From Azolla caroliniana (taxonomy: Eukaryota > Plantae > Polypodiophyta), in the NCBI GenBank assembly GCA_043228905.1, contig JBHGNT010000001.1:6758001-6822000 (forward strand): a DNA stretch of 64,000 bases, in the 5' to 3' direction. Shown piece after piece: positions 53,300 to 64,000 of this stretch (the stretch's first letter is position 1; each line of letters starts with the position of its first letter). The notes beneath the pieces were generated by a model. The model ran no database searches, was not told the origin of the DNA, and was given only the letters and a program-made list of their open reading frames with translations. Position numbers and translations under genes: made by a program.

Positions 53300-53810
53300 G
53301 TAACTCTAGAAGATGGTATATGAAATAGGTTTGTCTACGACAAGTTAAGAAGGAAACATGTTGGAAGACTTTACAAATTTCACAAGAAACCTAAGCTATA
53401 ATGCACAAAAGAGATTAAGATTAGTAGGAGATTAATCGGCAATTGAGAAAAGTGGAAGAGTTGAGATGGGGGCTTAATGACTCAAAGATATTCACCATAT
53501 CATAACATGTGTCAAAAATAGGAAGTTTTTGAAGGGATTTCATAACTCCAAGGAGAATCGCTTAGAACTTTAGATGTTTGATGACTTAGATTTCAACTTG
53601 TGGAAGAATTAGATCCGTGATGTTCTAATTCATGTGCAACAATGGAAGTTGGTTGATTGGAAGAGAACTACCCACATGATCAATGAAGACTGGCATATCT
53701 AAAATTATCAAGATTGATCATTCGGCTTCATCTCATTGATAGCATCTATTTGTGGAAAGTACATTATTAGAGCTCAAAAAACATGTGGAGGAGGCTATCA
53801 CATAAAACCA
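53300..53810 (+). mobile_element. Decayed Ty1/copia gag remnant
   Basis: FDDLDFNLWKN*IRDVLIHVQQ ... IRLHLIDSIY ... SSKNMWRRL resembles copia gag. A degenerate TGGTAT PBS-like site lies at about 53313. Confidence 0.6.
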
Positions 53811-55324
53811 TGTCTTCCTAATGCCGAGATTGTATGAGATTTGGATGAAGGAATCCAATTCGATTACCATTAACATAGATGATTTTTATGTCCATAAAAG
53901 TTGGTGATAGATCTATTTCAAGGATGACGATGTAAACGAGGGTGATTGAAATTGTTTCCCTGACCATACGTGAACGTTTCCTACAATATAAGAGGCCCTT
54001 CAACTTCTTTTAAAAGAATAGTAAATAGATCCATTGCAAATAGTCTTACCATAATGGTTAGATGTCTTTAAGCTTCACTCCTAGATTTTTGTAACTTCTC
54101 CCACTTTCCTACTATACAAGACACGACATTGAAATTCCCATGATCTCTTACACACATCTAGCACATGTCCATAACGTAACTTCTACCGAACCCTATGATT
54201 TGCTATTGTTGAACATGCAACTTGTGCCATATGTCTGCACCACCTCTTGGGAGCTTTAGGGGATAAACCATGTCTCAAGAACAAGTGGCACATGAAGAAA
54301 CATGTGATCACATGCCCTTGGGCTAAATGATAAGCCTCCCACTTCTTAAGAAAAAGATCGCGGTTATGTATTTTTTGGGGCATAAACCTTAATGATATCG
54401 TGAAGATATAAAGTTCCATGAAAGGAACTCTTACAATAAAATATAGCAACATTCTACCTCGTTTTCTCTTGTTAATTATTCCAAAGAAACATAAGATTTT
54501 TTTGAGTTGTTCATAGTACTTTTTGTTCTCTAACCGTTTTGATGATGTCTTTCGTTAACTAAGGGGCAAAAGATGAGAGGTGTAAGCAGTGATGCTCATG
54601 TGCATGTCGCTGACTCAATGGGACATTTCATGATACTAAACATCATTGCATTAGACAATATGCTCTCATATACAAAGGTATGGGGAGCACTTCTCCATGA
54701 GGATATACACCAACGATTGATGGTCAATGGAAAAGGAGGGGAACACATAATGTATGTGACTCGTGAGGGAGGTTTTGAAAAGGGTCTCATGACATGGTTG
54801 GCTCACAAGGAGAAAGTGGCCGAAGTTTGTACCATAGATAAATTAAAAAACACTACAAAAGTGGAGTAGTAAACATGGTAGCTTGGTGAGTTAATAATGT
54901 TTTACTAACATAGACGATGCAAGTTTGAATCTTAAGAGAAGTAGAAATCAATGAGCTTATTAATTAATGGTGAACACAATTATGTGTCGGCACGAGTTCT
55001 CATTGAGCACAAGTTTTTGTATTAATAGAGTTGTACCTTTATGTTGGTATTGTAAGTCAAAGGGTTCAGACCATTGTAGTCCCTATTGATGACAAGCTAG
55101 ATGAGAGCAATTGTCAATCACCCTTGAGTGGCTACTTCATTTATCCTAACCTCGTGAACTCTCACTCACCTTTTGCCAAGAAAGGTCTAATTAAGAAGTT
55201 AACTAAAGACTAAATAAAAAATTAAGTGATGGCTTATAAAGGATTAACTACTAAAAGGACTTGTTAAAGTCACACAAATTTCACAAACGACAACTATCAC
55301 ACCTTTATAATATGTAGTTTTGCT

Positions 55325-55615
55325 TGATAGAGCCATGATTTACTATTTTCTGTTGCCCCAAAAGAAGATGATGCTTCCTAATGAGAAGATGAAACTCAAT
55401 GTTGACCACCGATCGGTTGAACTTCTAATCTAATTAGTGCATGTGTAGCCGTCAAGTTGGGTTAGAACTCCCATTTCATAGAAGCTATCATAGTTTGCAA
55501 TGTTGCATATTACATCACTCACTTAGCACAATCCAAGACTACTCATTGCATGACATTTGCTCGAATTGGCTAAAATGGTTGTCAAAGTAGTTGAGGTCAA
55601 GATAGGTGATCGTTA
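55325..55615 (-). mobile_element. Decayed Ty1/copia RT/RNase H remnant
   Basis: Frames give FSQFEQ, LDCAK and FYEMGVLTQLDGYTCTN*IRSSTDRWSTLSFIFSLGSIIFFWGNRK*.IMALS, matching the copia GY.DAD.AG..DR.ST.G..F.LG...ISW.SKKQ..VALS motif. Confidence 0.7.
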
Positions 55616-55859
55616 ACTAGACGAGGCATTTGATGACATGCTAATACCTTGTTACATCATGAATAACATAGGTGACCATAGTTAGATGAGGCATTTGATG
55701 ATTTGCTAATACCTTGTTAGATTATGAATAACGAATATTCAAGATATAGTAAAGTGATATTGTAATAATTTACCTATTATGCTCCAATGACATGACATGT
55801 CATTTATAGTCTTGGGTCACATCATCGTGTTATCTGGAATCAATTCACAAAGTTGGTAC

Positions 55860-56653
55860 TTTCTTTAGTACTTGTGACACCTCTAGATGGAGATCGCAAG
55901 ATTCGGGATTGGATATTACAAAAACGAAACATTGTTATTCCAATGAATAAGAATACAACACATTCAATGTATATGTTGTTGCAACCTGACATGTGGTTTC
56001 ACGAACATGCAAATGCATTGTGGCACATACACAAACACAGTCCTGGTGGAAAAATTGGCTTACAAACTTATGGAGCTCTGGTCTTCCACTAAAGCAACGG
56101 GTATTCCTATGGAGATGCCTATTGGGTGTGCACCCGATTGGGTCAAATCTTCAAAAGAGATCAATAGCCTCACCGCATTGTGCAAGATGTGGTGGACGAT
56201 TGGAAATAGTCCCACACTTATTATGGACTTGCTCATCCACTACAACATTTGTACAAAGATTAAGTGCATCTCTTTCTCACAAATTTCCTGGCCGAAGGTT
56301 TGGGAAACACTTTTGGCTATTTGGACAAATTTCGTGCGCCCTATCAAGCAATGCCTATTTTCTCCAATGGACAAGATTTTGGGCACTTTGGGCCTTTTGG
56401 ACGGCCCGCAATACTAAGGTCTTTGATCGCAACCAACTGCATGAACTTAGCTTCTTTAAGTAATCCCTCAAGCAATCTCTATTTGATTGTCTACAACTTA
56501 GAGACATCACATTGCAAATTTACACTCTTAACTTTGAGTGCTTTTAAGCTCTTTCGTGTCTAATCGACACTCGTATATTTCTCTTTATTCTTTGTGGGTT
56601 TTCACCTCACTTTGAGGTTTCCCACTAGTAATAAAAGTGTTACTATAAAAAAA
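55860..56653 (+). mobile_element. LINE 3' fragment (zf-RVT) with poly(A) tail
   Basis: LWSSGLPLKQRVFLWRCLLGVHPIG..CARCGGRLEIVPHLLWTC and WALWAFWTARN.KVF. AATAAA at about 56630, followed by an A-run ending at 56653. The 5' boundary is approximate. Confidence 0.85.
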
Positions 56654-58382
56654 AGATGTTCAACTTGTAATAATTTCACAATGCCAAAGTTGAACAAGTT
56701 CAAAATGTATTATTGTTGGGAGAGCAAGATTCTATAAGGTGTATAAGCAATCTTCATGCTAAGGAAGGAATAAAGTTCATCCATGTCCTTCATTTCAAAC
56801 ATGGTAGGGAGCAGAGACTTTAATTTCTTGATTGTGATCATAATGGGGCAAAGCCAAAAGTTATATTGAATTGAAAAACCAAGTAAGAAGGAAAGGAATT
56901 TGTACTATGAACAATAAGGGCTAGATTCACAAGGATGCGCCAAAGGACGATGTTGGGCTAAAATGGTTCAAACAATACAAAGCCTCTTCTATATATGGTA
57001 TATTGTCTTGTTATGCATAGTCGCTACTTAGCCTTGATGCATGATTGCGACTAGGCTATCTTGGTTGCATAACCATTCCACAATAAGTGATAATATATGA
57101 ATATCTGCAATATTATATAGCATCACACAAATAGCGAGAAATTCAGTTAGCTTGAATCTCTTCATGTCAAAGTAGATGATCCTCCATAAAAGGATTTTTC
57201 AAGACATCTAGATATTCAAGCATCATCCAATGAAGATAACAACCTTTTTTTTGTTGTGAAGAATGGATTGTATCCCCTTAAATGGGCCTCTAAATGAATC
57301 GATAAATGAAGATATCACATTTGACATCCTTCAGGATTGATGAGATGATGTTAACAATAGATAATATAATGCTCAGATGAAACTCACCTAATTGACGTTC
57401 TAATATGATATATAAACTTAGCTACTCCTTGCCCAAGAAATCATTTGCTTATGCTTAGATGTGCAATGGCCTCACTGTACTTAATGAGCCAATTCAGTTG
57501 TCAAAATCAAATTGACTAGAGACACATGTTGAAACCATTGAAAAGGAGGAAAAGCAATTGATTATCTTAAAAACAAGATATGTTTGAACGAATCCATATA
57601 AGGTTCTCACAAAAGCAAATAAAGTTGTTATGTGTGTGGCATCTTCTAGTTAAGAGTATGAAAACTTCGAAAAAATATGAGCTTTGCATGAGCACAATGA
57701 TAATAAATACCAATAAATTGACTTCCTTTTTACAAGAAAGGCCGGTTTAAGACCACATAATGCTGAATTAGCATTACCTATCCCAAAAAAAGGAGGCCAC
57801 CCAAATCAGATGCATAAGATTTCCTATGGTTGCAAACGAACATGGAACTTGAGGAAAAGTTGAGGGTTCTTCAAAAGGTTGCAAAAGAGGAAGCAAGATA
57901 GATATGAATCAAAGCTGCAAGACCATATATAAAATATAAATTTACTCGACCACTGTTACACATCACTCTTACAATTATTTTTTTGAGGGTCCATTATATG
58001 TACAAAGATTCATGTGAAGACTTTTTTTTCTTTTCAATATTTTCTTCTATTTTTTTCCAAGAAATAAGGAGAGCCTTGGAAATTTAATAAGAGTACGACA
58101 ATAAAATAAAATAAAGAAAAGACAACAAACTTTTGGTTTACATTGATTCACTTGTCTCAAAGAATGGATGGGTGGTGCATATATGAAGGTCCGCATTTGA
58201 TACCTTGTCAATATATGTACATATAGAATGTGTGGTGCATATCTGAATTGTGCTTGCTTGGTATGGGACCACCTGGAAGTTGTCACCATTCCCATCCCTA
58301 TGTGTTCACACACCACCTTCTCACCCACATTCTCAACATTCCTTGTATTCGGACACCTCCCCATTGTCCGCTTTCCTCGCGT

Positions 58383-59579
58383 TCACACCTCCACTATACA
58401 CCCAAGCTGGACAACACTTCGGAAGCCACCTTTTTTTCCAACCCTTTGCCATCTCACCTTCCCACCCGTTGTGTCGTGTTCACACCACCATAGGGCCGCT
58501 TCAAAAGGCTGCCCACCACCACCACTAAATCCAGAGACAACAATCCCGCCTTTTGGTAGAGGGGCTGCACACGCGGCCATCGCGATGTCCGCTGGGAGTT
58601 CTAACACTACTTCCCAACGCCGTCCGGGCTTACAATCACTTGACCCAGTCAATTTCATGAGCTTCCGGTCAATTAGAGCATGAAGCTCCCCGTTCAGCAC
58701 CATGGCCGAGCTCGGATTCCTCCCACCTTCGATCCACATATCGTTCGCCACCATCCCCCATTTCTCGGCCTGGGGATCGTAAGTCTCACAGCTCGTGCAA
58801 AACCGTCCTTGCTCCAAGTGTGAATACCCGCTAATGACCACGAGCTTTTCGCCCACGAGGAGTGCCTTGCACTCGTCGCGAGCCGAGGTCATGTCGGGCA
58901 AGGGGCACCAGGTGTCGGAATCGGCATCGTAGAGGTGGGCTGAGGAGAGCGCGTTCTTGCTGGTGTCATGGCCGCCAGCCATGACGATGCGGCGGCCATC
59001 TCCGAGGGCCTCGGCCGCGAATAAGGAGCGGACGGGGGAGGGCATGTCCGTCCCGCGGAGCCAGAGGCCAGTGGCGAAGTCGAAGAGGAATACGGTTGGG
59101 AGGGCGGCCCAAGTGATGGGGTGCCAGCCGCCCAAGACGATAAGCCGGTGTCCTAACGAGACACACCGGCAAAAGAGCGGGAGGCCGGGGGCATCAAGCC
59201 CGGGCAACAAAGGGAGGCATAAGGGGTCGTGCCGTGGATCGGGAGCTAAAATCCGATGCTCCCGGCAGTCATAGAGGCCGATGCCATAGCAAGGGGGGGA
59301 CTTGGTGCCGGATCGGGAGGCCGAGAGGTGGTGCGGGTAGCTATTGTGGTTGAGGAGGAGGCAAATGTAGTGGGTGCTGTAGCCGAGGCGGTGCCGGGAC
59401 TCGAAGAAAGCGCCGATTTTGGTCGCGACCGAGCTCCATGCTCGCGACACTTGGGATAGAACCGGGAGGGTGTGGACTGGCAGCCTGTGGAGGCAATTCA
59501 GGGCAACTTCGCCTGGTAGTGAGGGAATCAGATCAGGGATCATGTTAGGGTATTGGCCATCTGTTGTTGCCTCTGCCAT
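58383..59579 (-). CDS. F-box/kelch-repeat protein (KMD/KFB20/SKIP20-like clade), intronless
   Basis: 398-aa ORF: LIPSLPGEVALNCLHRLP (F-box), GLPLFCRC, LIVLGGWHP, MPSPVRSLFA, MAGGHDTSKNALSSA, LPDMTSARDECKA, VISGYSHLEQGRF..SCETYDP. Confidence 0.95.
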   Translation of the reverse strand: MAEATTDGQYPNMIPDLIPSLPGEVALNCLHRLPVHTLPVLSQVSRAWSSVATKIGAFFESRHRLGYSTHYICLLLNHNSYPHHLSASRSGTKSPPCYGIGLYDCREHRILAPDPRHDPLCLPLLPGLDAPGLPLFCRCVSLGHRLIVLGGWHPITWAALPTVFLFDFATGLWLRGTDMPSPVRSLFAAEALGDGRRIVMAGGHDTSKNALSSAHLYDADSDTWCPLPDMTSARDECKALLVGEKLVVISGYSHLEQGRFCTSCETYDPQAEKWGMVANDMWIEGGRNPSSAMVLNGELHALIDRKLMKLTGSSDCKPGRRWEVVLELPADIAMAACAAPLPKGGIVVSGFSGGGGQPFEAALWWCEHDTTGGKVRWQRVGKKGGFRSVVQLGCIVEV

Positions 59580-59624
59580 AGATCGTCAAAGAAGAGAAGG
59601 ATGAATATGTGCTTGTGGAATATA

Positions 59625-59657
<33 letters not shown>

Positions 59658-61376
59658 ATGTATATAGCATATATGTACATATATGTGTACATATAGAACA
59701 AGGGGGTTGGGCATGGGCGTGGCCGTTCATACTTGGGGATGAACTTGTTTGCCGAATGTTTCTTTCTCGAGAGCCCTATGAATTGTGTGCGTGTATCCAA
59801 TGCTTGCTTTTTGCTTAAGAGAGAGAAAGTGCGTGTAGATTGTCAATGCTACGATACGAGCGTCCTTCTCTTTGTGTTCTTTGGGAATCCTCATTTGAGA
59901 AGTTATTACGAAGACTATTTCCTTATGTAACTTACTGAATCTATCTTGGACACAACTCTCGAATATCCCACAATTTCTCTAGGTGTTCATTTCCTTTTCC
60001 CTAAATGCCCTTAGTTTACATGGAAGTACAATTGTATATGCACTCATATGGTCACAATCATCTCCACTTCATGATAGAAACCAAGGGTGTTTTGTTTGGG
60101 GAAATAACAAAAACTTAAGGATATTTTGTAAAGAACGAGAAACACAAGGGGTTTTCAAAGTTTTTTCCGATGAAAACATTTTAATAATATTTATGTACAA
60201 CATGACAAACGTATGTACGTATCAAACTAAGGCTAGGTTTATTTCACTAAGGCTAGTTTGAAGAGTTACCATAACGCCTCTATTTTGGGAAGATATTCAA
60301 GTGCCTTTCGTTGATGGCAAAGGTTGTTTATAGCTGGATGGACATGTTGCAAAGCTTTAATAAAGACTTGTGTATTGCATATTTAATGTTAATAACACAT
60401 TTGTAGTTTATTGTTTTGAGGAGATTGGCCTAGAGGAAACTTGTGGTAAAGGCTATACATACTTCATAAAAACATTTTTATACCTTATCTTCTCTTAAAA
60501 AAAGGGGGTTATGCATACTTGGACATACAAAAAACTAGTTTTTAATGTTCCCAAGAGCATTCTTCAAATGAGGCAATTAAAAGTCTTGAATGAAGCATGT
60601 CAGTCCAATCTACCTCTATCTAGTGTTTTGAAACGTTATTGCAAAGACTATATTTGGTATTGTTAAATAGATGTGAGTGTTTTTTAATAGGATCACATTC
60701 TCTTGTGCATGCAATGTCTTGTTCTTTGTTCCCTAGGTTTTTGGGCATAGTTTTTTACACCAATACATTAGGTTCCAAATAGACATTATACATGGAAGTT
60801 TTCTTCATAAGATCACATTGTGCTCATGTGATGGCGAGCCAACTTTGCACCTTTTTGCCCACCTTGAAATCCTTTTTTATCCAAAGTACCCCTCATGAGC
60901 ATTAGCTATCGTTAATTTTGTTTTTGACCAATGACATGTCACCATGTCAACTCCAAATCTCCTCAATATAAACCTAAACCGTAGGTATTGTGCGGAGACA
61001 ATGGTTTGTGTCATATCTAGCCTATCCAAACACTGGGGGGGGGGACCGTAGCATTGCCTTGACGATGTTCGGCCCTTATGTCGCCTTTGATTAGGTTGGA
61101 CTACCTCTAACCTCAAATTGACTTTTCATTGCATATTAAATGCGTGTTTGATGGGTACACTCATACACGCACTCACTTAATGGCTCTTGGCCACCAAATA
61201 TAAATATGAAGTTTGAACCTATTATCCCCATCTTGCATTTGCGGTGGTTATGTTACCTTATATATTCATTCATAGAGCATGCATGTATAGCATCCTTTTT
61301 CACTATGCACTGATAATAAGTTCTCAATTAAGTGCTTGTGACACATCCATTGATCAAGAGGAGCGTTTCTAGCACA

Positions 61377-63368
61377 TCACTCTACCGAGAAACATTCTCT
61401 TTCCATCCATGCTTCATTTCTTATTCTCAACAGTTCAACTTTGTCTGCATCAGCTTGCATGGATGCAGATACATAGATATTTCTCATGCTTACATATGGG
61501 GCCACATCCTTTTCATCCAATTCTATTGCATGTTCAAAGGCCAATTTTCCGAGGCTCACATTTCCACATCTTTGACAAGCACCTAACAAAGCATTCCATA
61601 TTGGAACATACTCACAAATCGGCATCTTATTGATCACCATTATTGCCTCATCAAACCGGCCAGCACGGCTAAATAGGTCGACTGTGCACGCATAATGTTC
61701 TAAACATGGTATTATACCATAGTATGTGCTCAACACCTCATAGTATTTATGACATTTATCAGGTAAACCCGAGTGACTACATGCATTTAGCATGACAGTT
61801 AGTGTCACGACATTTGGTTCCATTCCTTCTCTGAGCATTTTGTCAAACAGCTCAATGGCAAGATCATCTCTTCCAAGTTGGGCATATCCAGCTATGAGTG
61901 TGGTCCACGAAGTTACGTCTCTTACAGAAAGCTCATCAAACACCTCTTGTGCGTTCACGAGCAAACCACACTTAGCATACATATCCACCAATGCATTTCC
62001 TAGTAATGCATGCTTTTCTAACCATCCTTCTCTTACAATAGTGTTGTGTATTTCTTTCCCCTTACCAAGCAATCCTAAGTTGCTACATGCATTCAAAACA
62101 CAAAGAAATGTGATGGAATTTGGAGAGAAACCTCCACGCAGCATTTGCCAAAAGCAATTCAATGCTTCTTCGCCATCTCCATGTTGAACATATCCTGATA
62201 TCAAAGTCGTCCACGATATCACATCTCGGATTGGAAGCTTGTTGAAAACTTCTCGTGCTTTCGCAACTTCCCCACATTTTGCATACATATCTACCAATGC
62301 ATTGCCAACTAAAGGGTCTTTTCCTAGAGATTTCCTTCTAGAAATGTCTTCATGTATTTCTTTGCCTTTATCAAGAGCTCCAATACTACCACACGCTTTT
62401 AGAACACAAGAAAAAGTGACTTCATTTGGATGAAAGCCATCGCTTTGCATCTTTTCAAAGAGAATTAGGGCTTCATCACCATGTCCATGTTGGGCATATC
62501 CAGCAATCAATGCGGTCCATGAGATAACATTATGAACTTGTAATGTATCAAACACTTCTTTTGCTTTCACAAGTGAATCACATTTGGCATACATATCTAC
62601 TAACGCAGTGCCAAGCACAATGTTGTTTTCTAGCAACCCCTCTCTAACTATAAACACATATATTTCATTGCCCTTTTCGATTGCTCCAATGCTAGCACAT
62701 GCCTTTAAAATGCAAATAAAGGTTACTACATTTGGTGAGAGACCCTCATATACCATTTCTTCATAGAAAATTAGAGCTTCTCTACCATATCCATGTTGAT
62801 TATATCCAGAAATAAGTGAAGTCCAAGACACAACATTTCGTATTGGAATTTGATGAAACACTTCGTATGCTTTAGAAAGTTCACCGCATTTAGCATACAT
62901 ATCGATTAAAGCTGTCCCAACTAACACATTCTTCATCAACAATCCTTCCTTTTCAACTTTACCATGTATTTCTTGACCTTTCTCAGACGCTTTTAGGGTT
63001 CCGCAAGCTTTCAAGATACAAGCATAAGTAAATGCATCTGGAGAGAACCCATCGATACGTTGCATTTGCTCAAAGCATCTTATAGCTTCTTCACCATGAC
63101 CATGTTGAGCATATGACGCAATAAGTGCTGTCCACGAGACAACATTTCGGATCCGAATTTGATCGAAAACTTCTCTGGATTTGTTTAAATCGCCACATTT
63201 TGCATACAAACTAACCAAAGTATTTGCAATATAAAGCTCTTTGCTAAGTAAACCACTTTTGACAACATCAGCATGTATTTTGATACATTCTTGAAGGTCC
63301 TTTTTCTTTGCACAAGATTTGAGCAATGCCATAACAGAAGAACTTTGTCGAAATTTCGGGTTTTCCAT
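61377..63368 (-). CDS. PLS-class PPR protein with E extension, no DYW domain (organellar RNA-editing specificity factor type)
   Basis: Five P-L-S triplets (NVVSWTALI..Y.QHG.G.EA / P..VTF.C.LKACG / GTAL.DMYAKCG....A.EVF), then L2/S2 (LNACSHSGL, EHYACTVDLFSRAG) and E1/E2 (WNALLGACQRCGNVSLGK, APYVSMRNIY). First ATG at 63368. The frame is open to about 63449 behind an AG acceptor, so an upstream exon is possible. Confidence 0.95.
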   Translation of the reverse strand: MENPKFRQSSSVMALLKSCAKKKDLQECIKIHADVVKSGLLSKELYIANTLVSLYAKCGDLNKSREVFDQIRIRNVVSWTALIASYAQHGHGEEAIRCFEQMQRIDGFSPDAFTYACILKACGTLKASEKGQEIHGKVEKEGLLMKNVLVGTALIDMYAKCGELSKAYEVFHQIPIRNVVSWTSLISGYNQHGYGREALIFYEEMVYEGLSPNVVTFICILKACASIGAIEKGNEIYVFIVREGLLENNIVLGTALVDMYAKCDSLVKAKEVFDTLQVHNVISWTALIAGYAQHGHGDEALILFEKMQSDGFHPNEVTFSCVLKACGSIGALDKGKEIHEDISRRKSLGKDPLVGNALVDMYAKCGEVAKAREVFNKLPIRDVISWTTLISGYVQHGDGEEALNCFWQMLRGGFSPNSITFLCVLNACSNLGLLGKGKEIHNTIVREGWLEKHALLGNALVDMYAKCGLLVNAQEVFDELSVRDVTSWTTLIAGYAQLGRDDLAIELFDKMLREGMEPNVVTLTVMLNACSHSGLPDKCHKYYEVLSTYYGIIPCLEHYACTVDLFSRAGRFDEAIMVINKMPICEYVPIWNALLGACQRCGNVSLGKLAFEHAIELDEKDVAPYVSMRNIYVSASMQADADKVELLRIRNEAWMERECFSVE

Positions 63369-64000
63369 GGCAGGTATCTTCCTACAACTCTGTTGCCTCT
63401 TCCAAGCCACATCGCAATGCGTTTCTTTCGACAAGCTCAGGGATAAGATCTAGGATGTACGCTGAAGAAGAAAAGATCTAGACGGCAAATGAAAAACAGG
63501 GGGCTTGTCTAGCTCATGGGAAAGCAGAGGTTCTAGGAAACAGAACTATCGCTTTAACGATCTCAATCAATTCATTATATATGTATATATACTTCTAACT
63601 AAGGTTTTTGCTAAAACACAACATTTGTCACAACTGCAAGTGTGAGAACGCGTGTAGATTTTGATTTGCCCATTTGCTGAACTATCCCACTTGAGGACTA
63701 TATCCATGTCAATATATATACATATAGATGATTTGACATAGTCTCACCGTAGAGCTAGGGTTTCGTGGCGCATCAATCGTTGATACCCTATTGTGGCGCT
63801 CGCCTACTTCCTCGTTGCCAGTAGCTGGACAACTTACTCATAATCCTAGTGACCCTTAGGGAACATGGAACATGCTTTGTGGTATAACAATGGAGAATCT
63901 CTGATCTCTAGAGCTCCCTCTTATTTTCATGATTGATTGGTGAATCTCTTCATTAAGCTATCCCAGTGGAAGAAAAACATCTCTTTCCATGTCTTCGAAA

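Noticed and set aside
58228-59604. Overlapping antisense ORFs on the F-box genes (also 16019-16753)
   Set aside because: They are expected shadows of GC-rich coding sequence.

Overview
Eukaryotic, AT-rich, intron-containing land-plant genomic DNA. A fern or other non-seed plant is my inference, from the PLS-PPR style and the LINE families. Seven recognisable protein genes lie on the minus strand: a glycerophosphocholine acyltransferase (GPCAT/Gpc1-like, running off the left edge), two intronless F-box/kelch genes (KMD/KFB clade), a large 3xCCCH zinc-finger gene with a repeat-rich N-terminus, a P-class PPR gene, a HUA1-like tandem CCCH gene and a PLS-E PPR gene. There is also one orphan low-complexity ORF on the plus strand. 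Intergenic DNA holds decayed LINEs, copia remnants, three solo LTRs with intact 5-bp TSDs and several tandem repeats. The most unusual item is a 210-bp fold-back element at 10513-10722. It is built from two inverted copies of the left end of an LTR whose normal solo form sits at 31309-31766, and it carries its own 5-bp TSD. Also notable is a canonical ERSE plus four TGACGTGG motifs upstream of the GPCAT gene. No rRNA, tRNA or CRISPR array was seen. All exon calls and family assignments were made by eye and from memory, with no database search.
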